From: Wallemia ichthyophaga EXF-994
Taxonomy: Eukaryota > Fungi > Basidiomycota
DNA: 248,000 nucleotides
Assembly: GCF_000400465.1 (NCBI RefSeq)
Contig: NW_008806282.1
Coordinates: 20,001-268,000, forward strand
Direction: 5' to 3'
Both the position numbers and the translations under genes were made by a program. This document shows, one piece after another, positions 206,600-222,977 of the stretch (positions within the stretch are counted from its first letter, which is position 1; every line of letters starts with the position of its first letter). A model generated the notes under the pieces. It did not search any database, was not told the origin of the DNA, and was given only the letters and a program-made list of their open reading frames with translations.

Positions 206600-208313
206600 C
206601 TACCCAGCTTGACCAGCGAACTTCTTATCGTGACCTTTTTTGCGCTGAGCATTGCCCTGTTTCTCCTTGTTCTGGCGCTGACGATTATTGCCACTATGAC
206701 CAGCACCTTGCGTTGGAGCTCTACCTCTTCCGCCAGCACCACCACCTGCACCACCTCGACTAGCGCCTCTACCTCTTGAACCGCCTCTGGAATGCCTAGA
206801 CCTACCTTCCTGCACAGGTACATCTAAATTATTGTTTACGATATCCTTCTCCTGCGACAATCTTTGAATCTTGCGTGGATTCCTCATCACCTGCGAATAC
206901 CAGCCTTCTATTTGACTATCGTCGAGTCCACTAGCTTGACGCAGGCCTTCGCGCTCCTTCCCTCTGCGGGTGACGGAGGATTTGTCGAACACAGCGGCGT
207001 TTTCCTGGAAGGCCTTCTCCAAAATGCTGTAATCAACTTGTGGCGTAGCTGTGTCTGTCGATGCGCTACTAGCACTTGCCATCGGTCTGCTCCTGACAGC
207101 TAAAGCCATCTCTTCTTCATCTTCCAGTTGGTCTTCAGCTTCGGCTTCTATCTCCTCGATCTGCGCCTCTTCCGCCCTGCGCACGACGGATGCTTTGAGC
207201 TCCTCGCGCGCTGCATCGTCCATCGTGAGACCGAAGTTCCTGTGACGAATTGTTAGTTGAATTGATAGCAGACAGGATAAACGCCACCTACTTGGCTTTA
207301 CCGATGCGCAGTCTGCTGAAGTCAAGCTCATCCGCCTCGTCCGTGTCCCTAGGCTGTTCGACAGGCTCGTCCTGCGGGATGTGCACGGTACCCTCAAGCA
207401 ACGCCTCTACGAGAGCCTCTGGAGCGGCGTACTGCGGTAAGGTGAGCGCCTTCTCGACGAAAGATGGACTCTGGTCTGGGAAGATGTCCAACACGACATC
207501 GATGCGAGGGTCTCTGGTTGGTCTGGGTGGGAGATCTGGCACTGGTGGTGTTATTTCAGCCCCACTTGCACTCTTGCTAGGCAGATCTACATCCACATCC
207601 ATGACATCCAGCACGAGCAATTCTAATCTTTGACCGACGATCTGCAGATCGAAATTAGTAAGAGGGATAAGCAGCGTACTACTCTCAGTAGTTGTTTCGA
207701 AATCTGACATCATTGATGCATTCTTCAAAGGCCTGTCACTTAGCTCCGGTGGTGGTGTTCTGTCGAGTATGAAATTGAAGGCTTCTGATATCAGCGTTGC
207801 TGTGTTTGAATCATGCAAAGACTGTTGAAGCATGTTGTAGAGAATATCCATTACAACCAGCTTGTCTCCTCGCTCCAATTTGAGATAGATTCCATTGAGG
207901 TATCTGAACAAGACAAAGGCTGAATTCGCGAGAATGGCAGGGAAATTGATCGAGAAGCAGTGCAGCATATCTAACACTCTACCAAAGCGTCTGGCGGGAT
208001 TAGGCGTGAGGAGAATGTCGATATATTGCGTCAGTTCGAATGTCGTGTAGTGTGTAGATTGCGCAAGATGCTTCAAAGCTGTTACGTTGGTGCGGTGATA
208101 TGTACCAGCGAGGCATACGAGAGATTTTAGCGTCAGTCCCTTGCACCGTGCTTGCCGCTCAGCCAGCGTCAACACCACCGGCCGCACACTCGCATGCTCC
208201 GACTGGTCCTGGCAGGCGAACCAATCAAAGAGATCTTCCGCAGATCGATCACTAAGAGCCCTATTAGACTTGAGAATTTCGTTCAATTTTATATCGATTT
208301 TCCCCGCAGACAT
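206600..208313 (-). CDS. CUE-domain protein (Cue3/ASCC2-like)
   Basis: IDVVLDIFPDQSPSFV CUE; basic C-terminal tail. Confidence 0.65.
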
Positions 208314-208343
208314 TGGTTGTTGAGCAACAACGACGTCGAGGAG

Positions 208344-209460
208344 ATGCAGGACGAGGCAAATGATTTGAGATGCAACAGCCTGCGATGCCGCAAGATGCTG
208401 ATAGAAGAAGGCAAAGCGGGTGGGTGGCTGTGTACCTCAAGCGCATCTCCAATAAGCACAAACAGTGACAACGACATGCTCGCGTGAGATGCTCAGCGTG
208501 GCTCACAAGAAGCGCTCATAAAGTACATCAGACATTTTCTGCATCGATTGCGCCACAGATCTTTTCGAAGATAGCCAGACGTGTCCTGCGTGCCATACTA
208601 ATCTCGCCGAGCGCGATGATATCATTGTTTGGTCGCGCTTTGTTCTCGCATCTCGGCTGATAGAATACAGCTCAGCTCGCTTGAACCCTCTGAGGAATAC
208701 AAGAGCAGCTGCTTAGCCGGACTGTCCCCACAGCTTATCATGGATATCGCTGGACGCGCTTTTAGGTTCTGGCAGTATCAGCATTCTGAGGAGGCTGGCT
208801 TCCAGGCAATGCTGCTCAGGGATGTACAGGAGAAATTGGCAGTGGTTGAAAATAAACACCAAGGCCAAGCGAGGGAATGTGAGGGTTTTCGCTTTGGTAG
208901 TTTATGTACTGACGCAACGAGCTAGTCAGCAGCCAAGTTTCAGGTGAGCTGATAAGCTGATCGTCACCTATGGCCAGCTCTAAAAACACCGGAAAGCGCT
209001 TCAGATGCAAGTCAGCAATGTCACTTTAGAACTCCACGGCGAGCGGCGCAGAGTTCAGGCGCTTATCAAATCCCACCAAGAACAAGAAAATGAAATAAAG
209101 AGAGTCAAGAGCAGCGTAATAGCAAATAGACGCAACAGCCTAACTGAGAGAGGCACTAGATCGACAATGCACATCCCACAGCAGGAGCGACTGGAACGAC
209201 TGGAAACACCGCCTCACACTGCACAATACGCTCCTCCAACTCCAAGTAGAATAGCGACTGCGAATATATACGCTATGCAGAATGCCTCACATAGTAACGG
209301 TTATAACGTTTACAACGGCTATGAAAGGACCTCCGCCGCGTTCGGTTTCAACAGAGGTGGTCCGTTCGAAGCAGTAAACAAGTCACCCGTGAAGCGTATC
209401 AGTACTTCATCCCCAATCAAGACTCATGCCTTATCGCGCAAAACCTATCTACATAGGTAA
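208344..209460 (+). CDS. HEI10/CCNB1IP1 RING E3 ligase (meiotic crossover factor)
   Basis: LRCNSLRCRK, HIFCIDC, CPAC, LAGLSPQLIMDIAGRAFRFWQYQ. Confidence 0.8.
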
Positions 209461-209506
209461 GGAAAAACGAAACAAAACATGAATAAATGGAAATACACAA
209501 ACAACT

Positions 209507-211836
209507 TTACCAGTCCATTTTCTTTGCTGTGGATTTCGGTGGGTTGAAAGTTCTCCCAGCGTATTCTTGACCATCTAACCAGGGCCAGGTGTCCGATCTA
209601 CGCTTTTCAAACTGAACAATATCACTTTCTTTCTGTAATGTTAATCCGATATCATCTAAACCATTAAGAAGACAGTGTCGACGGAAGTCATCGACGTCGA
209701 ATGATAATTCTTGGCCGTTGTGTCTTCTCACCACCTTCCTCTCGAGGTCGACCTCTACCTCTTTCATAGCCTTTGCATCGTTAGAGAGGTTGATAACATC
209801 TTGCTGTGGTAATATAACTGGTAACATGCCGTTCTTGAAAGTGTTGTTAAAGAAAATATCAGCAAAGGATGTCGAAATGATACATTTGATGCCTTGGTCC
209901 AATAGAGCCCATGGAGCGTGTTCTCTAGACGAGCCACAGCCAAAGTTACCACCGACGTTGACAAGAATATTTGCCTTGTTCCATGGCTCGTTGTTGAGGA
210001 CAAAGTTTGGATCAGGTTCACCTGTTTGTTGGTTGTATCTCATCCCGTAGAACGCAGCACTACCTAAGCCGGTACGCTTGATAGTCTTTAAGAATTGCTT
210101 TGGTATAATCATATCCGTGTCAATGTTTGGCAAGTCCAACGCAGCTGCGATGCCCGACAACTTGATAAATTTACTCATTCCAGCTGGTGATGACTTTCTG
210201 TTGGTTTGTTGAACAGCTGAAGGTGGACCATCAGTTTCCGGTGGACCAGTTGGAACAGCCTTTGGAATTTTAATGGTGGATTGATTTGAAGTGTAATCCT
210301 TAGGGTCTAAAATTTTCAATGCAGGCTCGTCAGTCGAAGTAGCTGATGGTAATGATGAGCTTAATGTTCTGACATCGGTGAGTTTACCGGTGATTGCAGC
210401 AGCAGCAGCCATAGCAGGAGAACACAAGTGAGTTCTACCACCTGCACCTTGTCTACCTTCAAAGTTTCTGTTGGAAGTAGAAGCGCATCTCTCTTGTGGA
210501 GCCAGTTGATCGGGGTTCATTCCCAAACACATCGAGCAACCAGCTTCTCTCCAGTCGAAACCAGCTGCTATCAAGATTCTATCGATACCTTCAGCTTCAG
210601 CTTGTCTTTTGACGTTTCCAGAACCTGGTACAATCATTGCAAGTTTAACATTGTTTGAAACTTTTCTACCTCTTGCAATTGCAGCAGTGGCTCTTAAATC
210701 CTCGATACGTGAGTTTGTGCATGAACCGATGAAAACTTTGTCGACAGAGATATCAGTCATTTGTATACCAGGTTCTAAGCCCATGTAATCTAATGAGCGT
210801 TGACAACCTTGTCTCTTTGGACCTTCAGGAAGAGACATAGGATCAGGTACCTTTTCAGTAATTGGGACGACATCTTGTGGGGAAGTACCCCAGGAAACGG
210901 TTGGAGCGATATCGCTAGAATCAATATTGACCTCAATATCATAGGATGATTCAGGATCTGAGTTGAGAGTTTGCCAGTATTTGATAGCTTTATCCCACTC
211001 ATCACCTTTTGGAGCAAGTGGTCTAGACATAAGGTAATCGTAAGTAACTTGATCAGGAGCAATCATACCAGCTCTTGCACCACCCTCGATGGCCATGTTA
211101 CAAATGGACATTCTCGCTTCCATTGAAAGAGAGCGGATGGTAGAACCGCAGAACTCAATGACGCAACCAGTACCACCGGCAGTACCAATGATACCAATGA
211201 CATGTAAGACTAAATCTTTCGAAGTAACGCCCTCGCCTAGAGGGCCTTCGACGGATATTTTCATGTTTTTAGATTTTGAGGAGAGGATTGTTTGAGTTGC
211301 GAGAACATGTTCGACTTCGGAGGTACCGATACCGAAAGCAAGGGCACCGAAGGCACCATGAGTTGAAGTGTGAGAGTCACCACAAACAACGGTAGTACCA
211401 GGAAGAGTAAAGCCCTGTTCAGGACCAATGATATGAACAATACCTTGTCTTGAATCGTCCATACCAAAGTACGTCAAGCCAAACTCTTTGATATTGTCTT
211501 CAAGAGTAGAACATTGAGTACGTGAATCTTGTTCAGTGATAAAAGAGGAAATTGATTTGAAGTTGTTCCTTGTTGAAGTAGGTATATTGTGATCGACAGT
211601 GGCAAGAGTACAGTCAGGTCTTCTAACTTTTCTGCCTGCATTTCTTAACCCTTCAAAGGCTTGAGGGGAAGTAACTTCATGGACCAAATGACGATCAATG
211701 AAGATGATGTTTGTGCCATTATCTTGGTTAACGATGTGATCGTCGAATACCTGTAACATTTGTGTTAGTTGTAATGAATATTTAATAAATAACATACCTT
211801 TTCATATAAAGTGCGTGGTTTTGTGCTATTTACCAT
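209507..211836 (-). CDS. LEU1: 3-isopropylmalate dehydratase
   Basis: [43 protein letters not shown]. Confidence 0.95.
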
Positions 211837-212249
211837 GATTGTTGTGAGCAAGAAGAGGCGGCCATTCAACCAATCAGGAATAGTCAGTTTGAAATACAAA
211901 TAAAGATAAGTGAATATCGATTAAACTCATCCATATCAGTTTGATAGTGTTTATTTAGTTCTTCCGATTAGTTTATCGGATTTCGGCCTATGCGATTACA
212001 AGTCCGATTTACAGATAAGTTTGAAGGCACTCAACTAGTTACAAAAATAAAAACACTTAAAACTATTGAAATGCTGAATCTATTAAGCAATAGATTAAAA
212101 TTGAGGAATCTACTCAAATGTTTACAAGGGTTTAACATAAGACACGTATTTTAGATAATATACGCAATACTCACTGAAATTACTTGGTTCGTTAAAAATT
212201 TACACATACAATTATCAATTTGATAGAAATCCTTTTCAGGTAAACAGCA

Positions 212250-213998
212250 ATGCAACTCGAATACGGATGTGAGTTGAATATTGACAGGTTTACCAATTAA
212301 ATAACAATCTCAAGTAAGAAGCCTAAAGGACTTGAAATTAATAAAGAATTTCACAAATTTATTTGATTTGTGAGTGTTACGAGGTGTAGCTGGCATCTGG
212401 CATCTCAAGTAACACTCAATAGACCTGCAGAAGTGAAGATATTCAAATACTCAAATTGCGGTCAATACTTAGCATATGCTCTATCTGATAGTGTTATAAT
212501 CGCAAACTCTGCCGGTAGCACTCTATCACAGTTGAATATCAAGCAATGTCAAGATTTACAATTCAGCTGTAAATCAACTTACTTACAGACTTGGACTAGA
212601 TCCGTTAGACTCGATAATCAAGATTTCAGTGAAAATGTTGAAATTTGGTCGTTGGACGGCACAAAACAATTCTCAACAACAGTAAAGCAAATAGAGAACT
212701 GGACGTTGAATTTCACTTCAGATGATAAATACGCTGTGAAGCAACAATCCAATGAAATCCTAGTTTACGATACTGCAAACTGGTCGAAAGGATTCACCAA
212801 CAAATTAAAGGTCGATGGTATGATCACTTATTCTCTCTCACCTGGTCAGAATCCACACTTGGCTACTTTCATAGCAGAGAAGAAAGGTGCTCCTGCTTCA
212901 CTGAGATTATACTCCTTGGTTGGTCTATCAAACAGCTCAAAGCCAGTATCACAAAAGACCTTCTTCAAAGCAGACAGAGTCATGATGAAGTGGAATGACA
213001 TTGGTACAACCCTTTTATTCCAAACTCAAACAGATTTTGACAAAACCAACAAAAATTACTACGGTGAATCCAACTTATACTTATTATCAACGATCGGTGG
213101 GGGTTACGACGCGAGGATTACTCTCGACAAACCAGGTCCTATCCATGACTTCAACTGGTCACCAAACAGCAAAGAATTCATCGTCATCTACGGTTATATG
213201 CCTGCAAAGGCAACTCTTTTTGACCAAAGAGGTAATCCAACCTTTGATTTCGGTACAAATCCTAGAAACTTCACCTTGTTCAACCCACAAGCTAGATTTA
213301 TCCTCATTGCAGGTTTCGGTAACTTGGCTGGTCAAGTTGATATTTGGGATAGAAAATCACTTAAGAAAGTTTGTCAAATCGATTGCTCAAACACGTCACA
213401 CTGTGAATGGTCACCTGATGGAAGATTCATCCTCACAGCAACCTGTTCACCTAGATTAAGAGTCGACAATGGTGTAAAGGTCTGGCACTTGACTGGTAAA
213501 CTGATTGACATAAAACCAATTGAAGAATTATATCAAGTGCATTGGAGACCTCAAGATGTAAGCAACTTCCCAGACTTTAAATCAGAGATTGAACCACCAC
213601 CAACACCAAACCAATCCGTTATCCAATATCAAAACCCATCTGACAGCAAACCAAAAGTCACTGGCGCATACAAACCTCCTCACGCTAGAGGAACACCATC
213701 ATCATCTGGAACTTCTACGCCTAAAAGTAAACAGATTCCAGGCGCGCCTTCACCAAAACCTCCACCTCAACGCAAGCAAAAAGATAATGCATCACAAGCA
213801 TCACAAGCATCAGCATCAGCACAAAATGATCAACTCACTCCAGTGGATAAAAAGGTTCGCAATCTCACAAAGAAACTTAAAGCTATTGAAGAACTCAAAG
213901 ATAAGCAAAACAAGGGTGAAAAATTAGAAAAAACTCAATTGGCTAAATTAGACAGTGAAGAGGAGATCACTAAGGAAATTGCACAACTCAAAATGTGA
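212250..213998 (+). CDS. Translation initiation factor eIF2A
   Basis: YYGESNLY, GYMPAKAT, AGFGNL, SPRLRVDNG, YKPPHARG. Confidence 0.9.
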
Positions 213999-214070
213999 AA
214001 AACCTTGTTTAGCGTGAAGTTTGAAACAAAATTATATTCATTTTTATTACTTCAGATAAAGCTAACGATA

Positions 214071-216449
<2,379 letters not shown>

Positions 216450-216507
216450 GTTGGCTGTTGGCTGTTCGATGTCACGTTGAAAGAGGTTATTTACTGTATT
216501 CTTTAAT

Positions 216508-218114
216508 TTATAATACAAAGCACGATGGTTTCCAGTCTGATCCTCTCACTGGCGTTGGCTTGAAGCTATAGCTTGGTTTATTAGCCAGTCCATTACCCAG
216601 TGCATCCCTTGAAATTGAAGAAGGTACACCGCCAATATCTTGTGCTTCTTTGACCATATCTAAGCAGTATTGGTCTATTGGTAGGTTGTTCAGATGTCTT
216701 CCAAACGGCTCGCTCACTGTCATGTTTCATCTTTAGCTTGTCTTCTCCACCGAATAATAACACCCACGCTGTGATGATATTGCATCTATCCCACAAAAGA
216801 AAAACGCCACTATTCCTGTAATCGGTATTGCCATCCATCCCAAACTACTAACCAGCTGCGGTGGTATTGCCAGTAAATACAGCCCAAGCACTTGATTGAG
216901 GTGAATGCTTAGGATTAATGGAATTGGGGCTGTTTCTGTCATCAGATTATAATAAAATTGTTTTCAAAACCTACTATCTCTGATCTTCTCCGCCTCAGTT
217001 AGCCAACTAGTCATTTCTTTGACATATCCTGTTAAATTGACGTATAGCGCTGTGTCAATATGTGTCTTTGTTTGATCTTTGGCCTTCTCAGGTCTGTTAT
217101 TGTAAAATCCGTTGAGGTAAACTTGAAGCAAGCGTAAAACTGATAGGGGAATGTTACGAGGTCTTGAATTGCTCAATACGGATTGAGGTACACTAAGCAA
217201 CTCATCATTTTCCTTGTCATTGAGCTGTTGATGCTGCTTTTCGACTTCATTAGTTGCATTGCTTGCTGGTTGCTGCCTGTTGATCGATGAGTCAGGCACA
217301 TCTGAGTCGACATTCTTAACGGTAGTTGATGGCTTTTCTTCATTCAATTCCTTATTCTTGTCATTCTCTTGTGAACTTTGCAAAGAGGATGTTCGCGACG
217401 GTGGTTGTGATGGATCTGGTGATGTTGATTCAAACCTCACCCTGCTGGGAAACGTCTTTTTCAAACTGGCCAGATAGCCTTTAGGGAGTAACACCTGTAG
217501 ATCAAGTTCATCTAAGCCTTTGTTTTGGTTCTCTCGAAGATGATACCTGGCTGCGTGTGAGAAATATGTCTCGGCATGGATAAACCCACTTTAAAGCGAC
217601 AGGGAAGGCTAGAATTAATCCAACAAACTCCTCTATAGCCTTTTCATTCTCAAAATGGCTATTTACCTCCAAAACGGAGGAAGACAATCTCATAAATGAT
217701 CTAACAGTTGACTGTATGTTTGACCAGAGATTTCTGCCTTCTTGCCACCTATAAATGGCTTGAGCTTTTCGGAATATTGTGCACATTCGACCCACCGCTG
217801 TATAGAAGATGACGCCCGCATTGATACTAGCAAGCCTATCACTGGGGTGATTGAGTGACGGCGGATGCAGAAACGACAGCAACTAACCAATCGATACCAT
217901 CATGGTTAGGCTTCTCGATGCCTTGCATATCCCTTTCATCACCTCTTTATCGCCCCACGTTTGGATAATTGCCGCCCACACAGCGAAGAAGACTACTCGA
218001 CGGAGTGTGCTCGGCCTTATGAAACTACAAATCAGAATACACCGACAACACATTCGAATCGACTGACCATACTGATTTACCGAATTCGAGAGATATGGGC
218101 AGGAAGCTCGTCAT
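216508..218114 (-). CDS. Bestrophin/UPF0187-type anion channel
   Basis: RWQEGRNLW, LTETAPIPL, FCGIDAISSQLEDP-like motif. Confidence 0.7.
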
Positions 218115-218167
218115 ATCGTGGTTGATTACGAGCAAGATGATAAATTAAATTACAATACGTGAGATAT

Positions 218168-219122
218168 TCATGACATTTCAGTATCCTGTGTATTAACGTT
218201 ATTGCTGCCTGGCTTCTTCATAAAATCATCCAATTCCTGTTTTCTCTATGAGCCTGTCTTCTCTACGCCAATGCCGATTGGTTACTCACTTTATCGAGGG
218301 AGTCGCTATCTTTTGGAGCTGGCTTTGATTTAATGTTTGCAGGTTTTGTTTGCTTACGCGGGCGAGAAGATTGCTTTGATCTGGTTTAGATAAGTCAGTG
218401 GTTCTTTACACGACTATGACTAGCCCAACCAACCTTGGACCAGATGGCGGCGGGTCTGAGTGCACCTTTGCGCCTAGTCTGCTTAACAATGAGCTACCAG
218501 TAGCACCAGAGCGTGAAGGTGGGTCTACTGTGAAATATCCATATGGTTCAACTCTAATCTCTTGATCTGATCATTTGTCAGCTTCAGTAGCAAGCTAAAG
218601 TACGCGTGAGCTAACCCTTTGCTGTCTTTCCATCAAACATGTCGATCGCCCTGTCGGCATCAATTGATTTCTCAAACGCTACAACTGCTTCACCAGTACT
218701 TCTGCCGCTCTTATCATACTTGACTACCAACTTAGTCAATTGGAATCCATTGAATATATTCTGATTGTGTTACTGTAAGCTTCCTTTGGTCGATTAGGCA
218801 GCTAAGGTACTAACAGCCAGCATTTCCTCGTTTATTTCATAATGAAGATTGCTCAGCTTGACCTGATTCTCTTTCTCACCATCCGGTGGCTGACGCGGTT
218901 CTCTTGGTCGATTCGACGTTGGCCTCCTAGTGAACGAGCTTGTCGATGAGCGCTAATTTGATGTTAGATGAGCACCTTTAATTCTATCATACTCTTTACA
219001 TATTCAATTGGCTTCGATTCCCCGCGCTGCTTCCGGAATCCACCTCGACGTCTACCAGAACTGCCACGCTTATTATCAACTTTTGAGCTCTTTTTTTGCT
219101 TGACGATATCATCCAAGCTCAT
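218168..219122 (-). CDS. Second ALYREF/Yra1-like RRM protein
   Basis: MSLDDIVK, LSNLHYEINE, YDKSGRSTGEAVV, SLDKELDDFM after splicing. Confidence 0.7.
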
Positions 219123-219270
219123 GTCAATATCCCTTTACACTTTTATCAGTTCTTGTTCGCGCTTCCATCGGCCTATCTCACATAGTCGCCATCCCGTGAT
219201 GAAGGTATTTAACAGGTCTGAGAACATAAAGTGTTTTATTATATATTGTTTTATATTTTCGCTCATCTAA

Positions 219271-221572
219271 TCAGGAATGATTGCAAGAATGCCTGCTTGC
219301 ACTTAGTAATCTATAATTATCGAAACGTTTACTCACAACTACAGCCATCCCGCTTACCAGCCAGAATGTAAACTTATATCCACCAATGTCAGTTGCTAGA
219401 AATGTCTTCCATAGATATCCTCCAAATATTGGTCCCAAGAATCTAGATAAACTGACCGCTGACTGACCGTAACTATTCGTTAGTCCAGATATTTCCGGGG
219501 GTGACATGACGTTAATTAGGATAGTAATGCTAGTATACGCTGCCGTCGTCGCTGCGTATCTTATTGCATTAAGTATCGCCAATCCTGTCATCACTAACAC
219601 ATCAGACGATGATTCAGGTCGAACTAACTTTCTTGCAAACGGCACTAATCCATAAGTGAGAATGTAAATCACTGATGAAATCCTGAACATCTGCAAATGA
219701 CTCAAATTGCCATTTGGTGGTCCTATTTTACCATATAGATAGAACTGGTAAAACATACTGAACCCTGCCATCATGGCGATGAGCGACGAAAAGTGAGATG
219801 GTGTCAATGACAACCCGCCGCTGGTATACTCTGTTAATAGGAATGTTGTAAAGAGTTGGTCGAATGTGGTATTATGCAATGCAAGGAAGGCGTACTGACT
219901 CAGTACAATTTTTATCATGACAGACATTTCCACTGGCTTCCTTTCAGTGATAAGAGGTTGATTTTGTTCAGGTATAGCTCTTAATCTCCTATTAGCGCCT
220001 TCTAGATCATCAAATTGATCATCCAACCCAACCCAACTCTTCTGGGAGGTAAGTCCGACATTATCCAGAATCGATTTCGGTCTGGCAGCTTTATTATCAA
220101 CCAGGTGATTACGCGGAACTGAGCCCAACAAAGCGAGGTTTTCTTCACCTAGTCTGTCACCTCTATCTGCAATTGAACTTGGTCTGCTAAACCCAAGTCC
220201 TGCGCTGTCTCTGAAGCTGTTCCTGAAACCGATAGATGGTGAAGGTCGGATTGAAGCACTGCTAGATAGCTCTTCAATATCTCTTTCAGAGTGGTTATTA
220301 AAATCCGTCGTTTCATTGTCAAAATCACGATTCTCATCATGGTTTTCTTCACGGTTTTCATCTTCGTTGTCTTCGTAATGCGATGCAAATCCACTGTGTT
220401 CTTCTTCAATAGCCACATTATCACCTTCCTCCTCTTGATTCAAACGCTCAACCTCCCTAGTTAAGGCTGTCTGAACCCACAAGTCAGTGATAGATACGAC
220501 ATTCTCCTCCTGAGCCCTGAGCAGTCTTTGCGCAAATGACATTCTTTGATTGGGTTGTGATTGTGATAAAGCTTCATCATTATTATCATTGCCAAAAACA
220601 GTGGATGTACGTCTAGAATGTGAACGGATGTCATGAAGTGGCGAAGTTGGCCTTTCATAGCGTACTTGACCGCTAAAAGCCCTTTTGATAAAGTCTATAG
220701 CGCATTTTTTAAATGAATTAGCGTCCTCAGGTAATCTTATCGACGTGAAAAGCGGTCCGGCGTCTCTGCTGACGAACGCTGTGAGTGTGCTACCAAAGAC
220801 CAAGATACTAGCGGCTACAAAGCAAGGCAAAGCGTAAGGGTATTTTGCAAAAAACTTATGTTTCTCCTCGGGGAATAGAAAGGGATATCTGACGGTGGGA
220901 CTTTCAAAGAGCCCTCCGATTATCGGACCGAAGATCGAACCAGCACCCCAGCTGAATGATAAAATAGCATATGCTCTGGCTTCATTGGTACTGTCTGTTA
221001 TGTCTTTGACGGCGGATCTAGACACACCAATGGCACCACTGAAGAGTCCTTGTAGTAGCCTAACGCAGATAGCTTCACCAAGAGAGCGGCAAGTGCCAAA
221101 CAGACTGGTGGCTATGGCATTACCAAATAAGCTAATAAAGAGGGTGATTCTGCGTCCATAACGATCTGCGATGTTTGACCACATCAGTGCCGTTATAAAT
221201 TGAGACAAGAAGAAAGCTGCACCAAGTATACCCGTATAATATCCTACCAAGCTTTCATCGTTATGAGTAATAGCAAACTTGGATACCATTATGAATATGA
221301 AAGGTGCTGCCACGGATGCAGATAAGAATTCACTAAGCATGGAGAAGGATAAAAGAGATATCGGGAGCTTTGGAAGAGGATTACTTGGTTCTACTTTTGT
221401 CTTGATGGGCACTCCCTGGCTAAATATCGTAGACTCTCCCAGTCTGCGTCCAAGTGGCATACTAGTCGGACGCGTAGAGCTCGTACCAAGCAATGCCGAT
221501 TGGGTTCCTGATCTACTTCTAAATAGCCTTCTCCTCCTCACTGTAGGTGTCGTCGTGTCATGGTGCTCCATC
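219271..221572 (-). CDS. MFS transporter (YCR023C/ZIFL-like) with long central loop
   Basis: WSNIADRYGRR, GPIIGG, YPYALPC. Confidence 0.8.
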
Positions 221573-222055
221573 TCGTAAATGAGCGTCAGAGAGAAAGCAA
221601 CGGCGAAATTGGACAAGACGTCATAACAGGAATTATAATTTTTTAACTCGCTAGCAGAACTAAAAGTGGCGTGTTTCGTGTTCGTTGTTTTAATTGTGGG
221701 TCTTCACGCCCGGGATTAGTCAACCCACTCGGGAGCTGTTACAGTGGATATATCCTGTGGAGTGGATGGGCAGCCTATCCAGTAAATAGCCTCCAGCCAA
221801 ACCATCAAACCAAATTATTATGATTTCTCATTTCTTCGCGGTTCGCCGTCTTATGGACCATCGAGGTTATCGCTGTAAATGATCTGCGGCAATTCTAGTA
221901 AGCTTTATATTCATTCCAGCACCTCTCTGGTCTTCGAATAATATCTGGTACTCGACTTTCAAGTCTTCTTTAAGCGATACTCCGCGTAAGGCTGCAGTGT
222001 TTCACTCCTGCATAAGCCTCTCTGACCTCAACCCCCAAGACCTGGCAGTCCGCAG

Positions 222056-222940
222056 ATGGCGATTAAACTTAAGATATTAGCAGGAAGTACCATAGATGAT
222101 TGTGAAGCTGTAGACTACCAAGGTGGAAAGCCTGTCGATGTGAACAACCCGCATTTCACTGGACAGGTTGCAGTACTGTTGAAGAACGACGAGCAGTCAC
222201 ATCCGTATTTCAACGATGAGTCCAACAAAGGTATCACATGGTCAATACAGCTGTGCGGTGTCTTGCACGACGACGATGTGGATTGTGACAATCTCGTCTT
222301 CGGTAATCAATTTTCACACCCGATTCGGCAGCATTTGCCATGGGGAAGTGCAATGGCTGTGAAGTTTATTAAATACCTCGATCCAACACTCACAGAGGAT
222401 TTGCAGTCCGATACGCCCTGGGCATTTAGCCCTCTGTGTAGCACTGTCGAGAGATTGAACGTATCGGACAATTCAGACACGAGTAAGATGAAGAATGAAC
222501 AAGACTTGATTATAGAAGAAGACATAAGCTGTCTGATTCACAAAGATGAAACTAGTAAGCCTAAATGTGGTAATGCTAGTGCTCGCAAAAAATGGTTCAA
222601 GAGTGAAAGCCGAAGGAAAGGCCTCAACTTGTCCAAAAAAAGAGTTGCTTTTGATTTCGCTAAAGGATTCATCAATTTCTCAACTCTGTGGGTGCATCTT
222701 CATCTTTAATTTCAAAGACATGCTGATTAGTGCACAAGATCGCTCTCATTTCCCGAAATTGGCCTGAACATAGGTTTGCTTAAACACTGGGATGGTCAAC
222801 CCGTTAGGTTCTATCTACGCAACAGGAACACTGGCGTCGATTACGCGGTGATCCAGTTCATTATCGAAGATGTAGGCCAGGATGCACCAGCACAAACGAA
222901 ACAATTGGCAGAGGAGAAAAATATCGGCACTGATAATTGA
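222056..222940 (+). CDS. DUF1769 family protein
   Basis: FTGQVAV, WSIQLCG, LVFGNQF..LPWGS. Confidence 0.7.
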
Positions 222941-222977
222941 TAAATCTGAATCAAAATATCCAGCAAAACGTTTCCAT

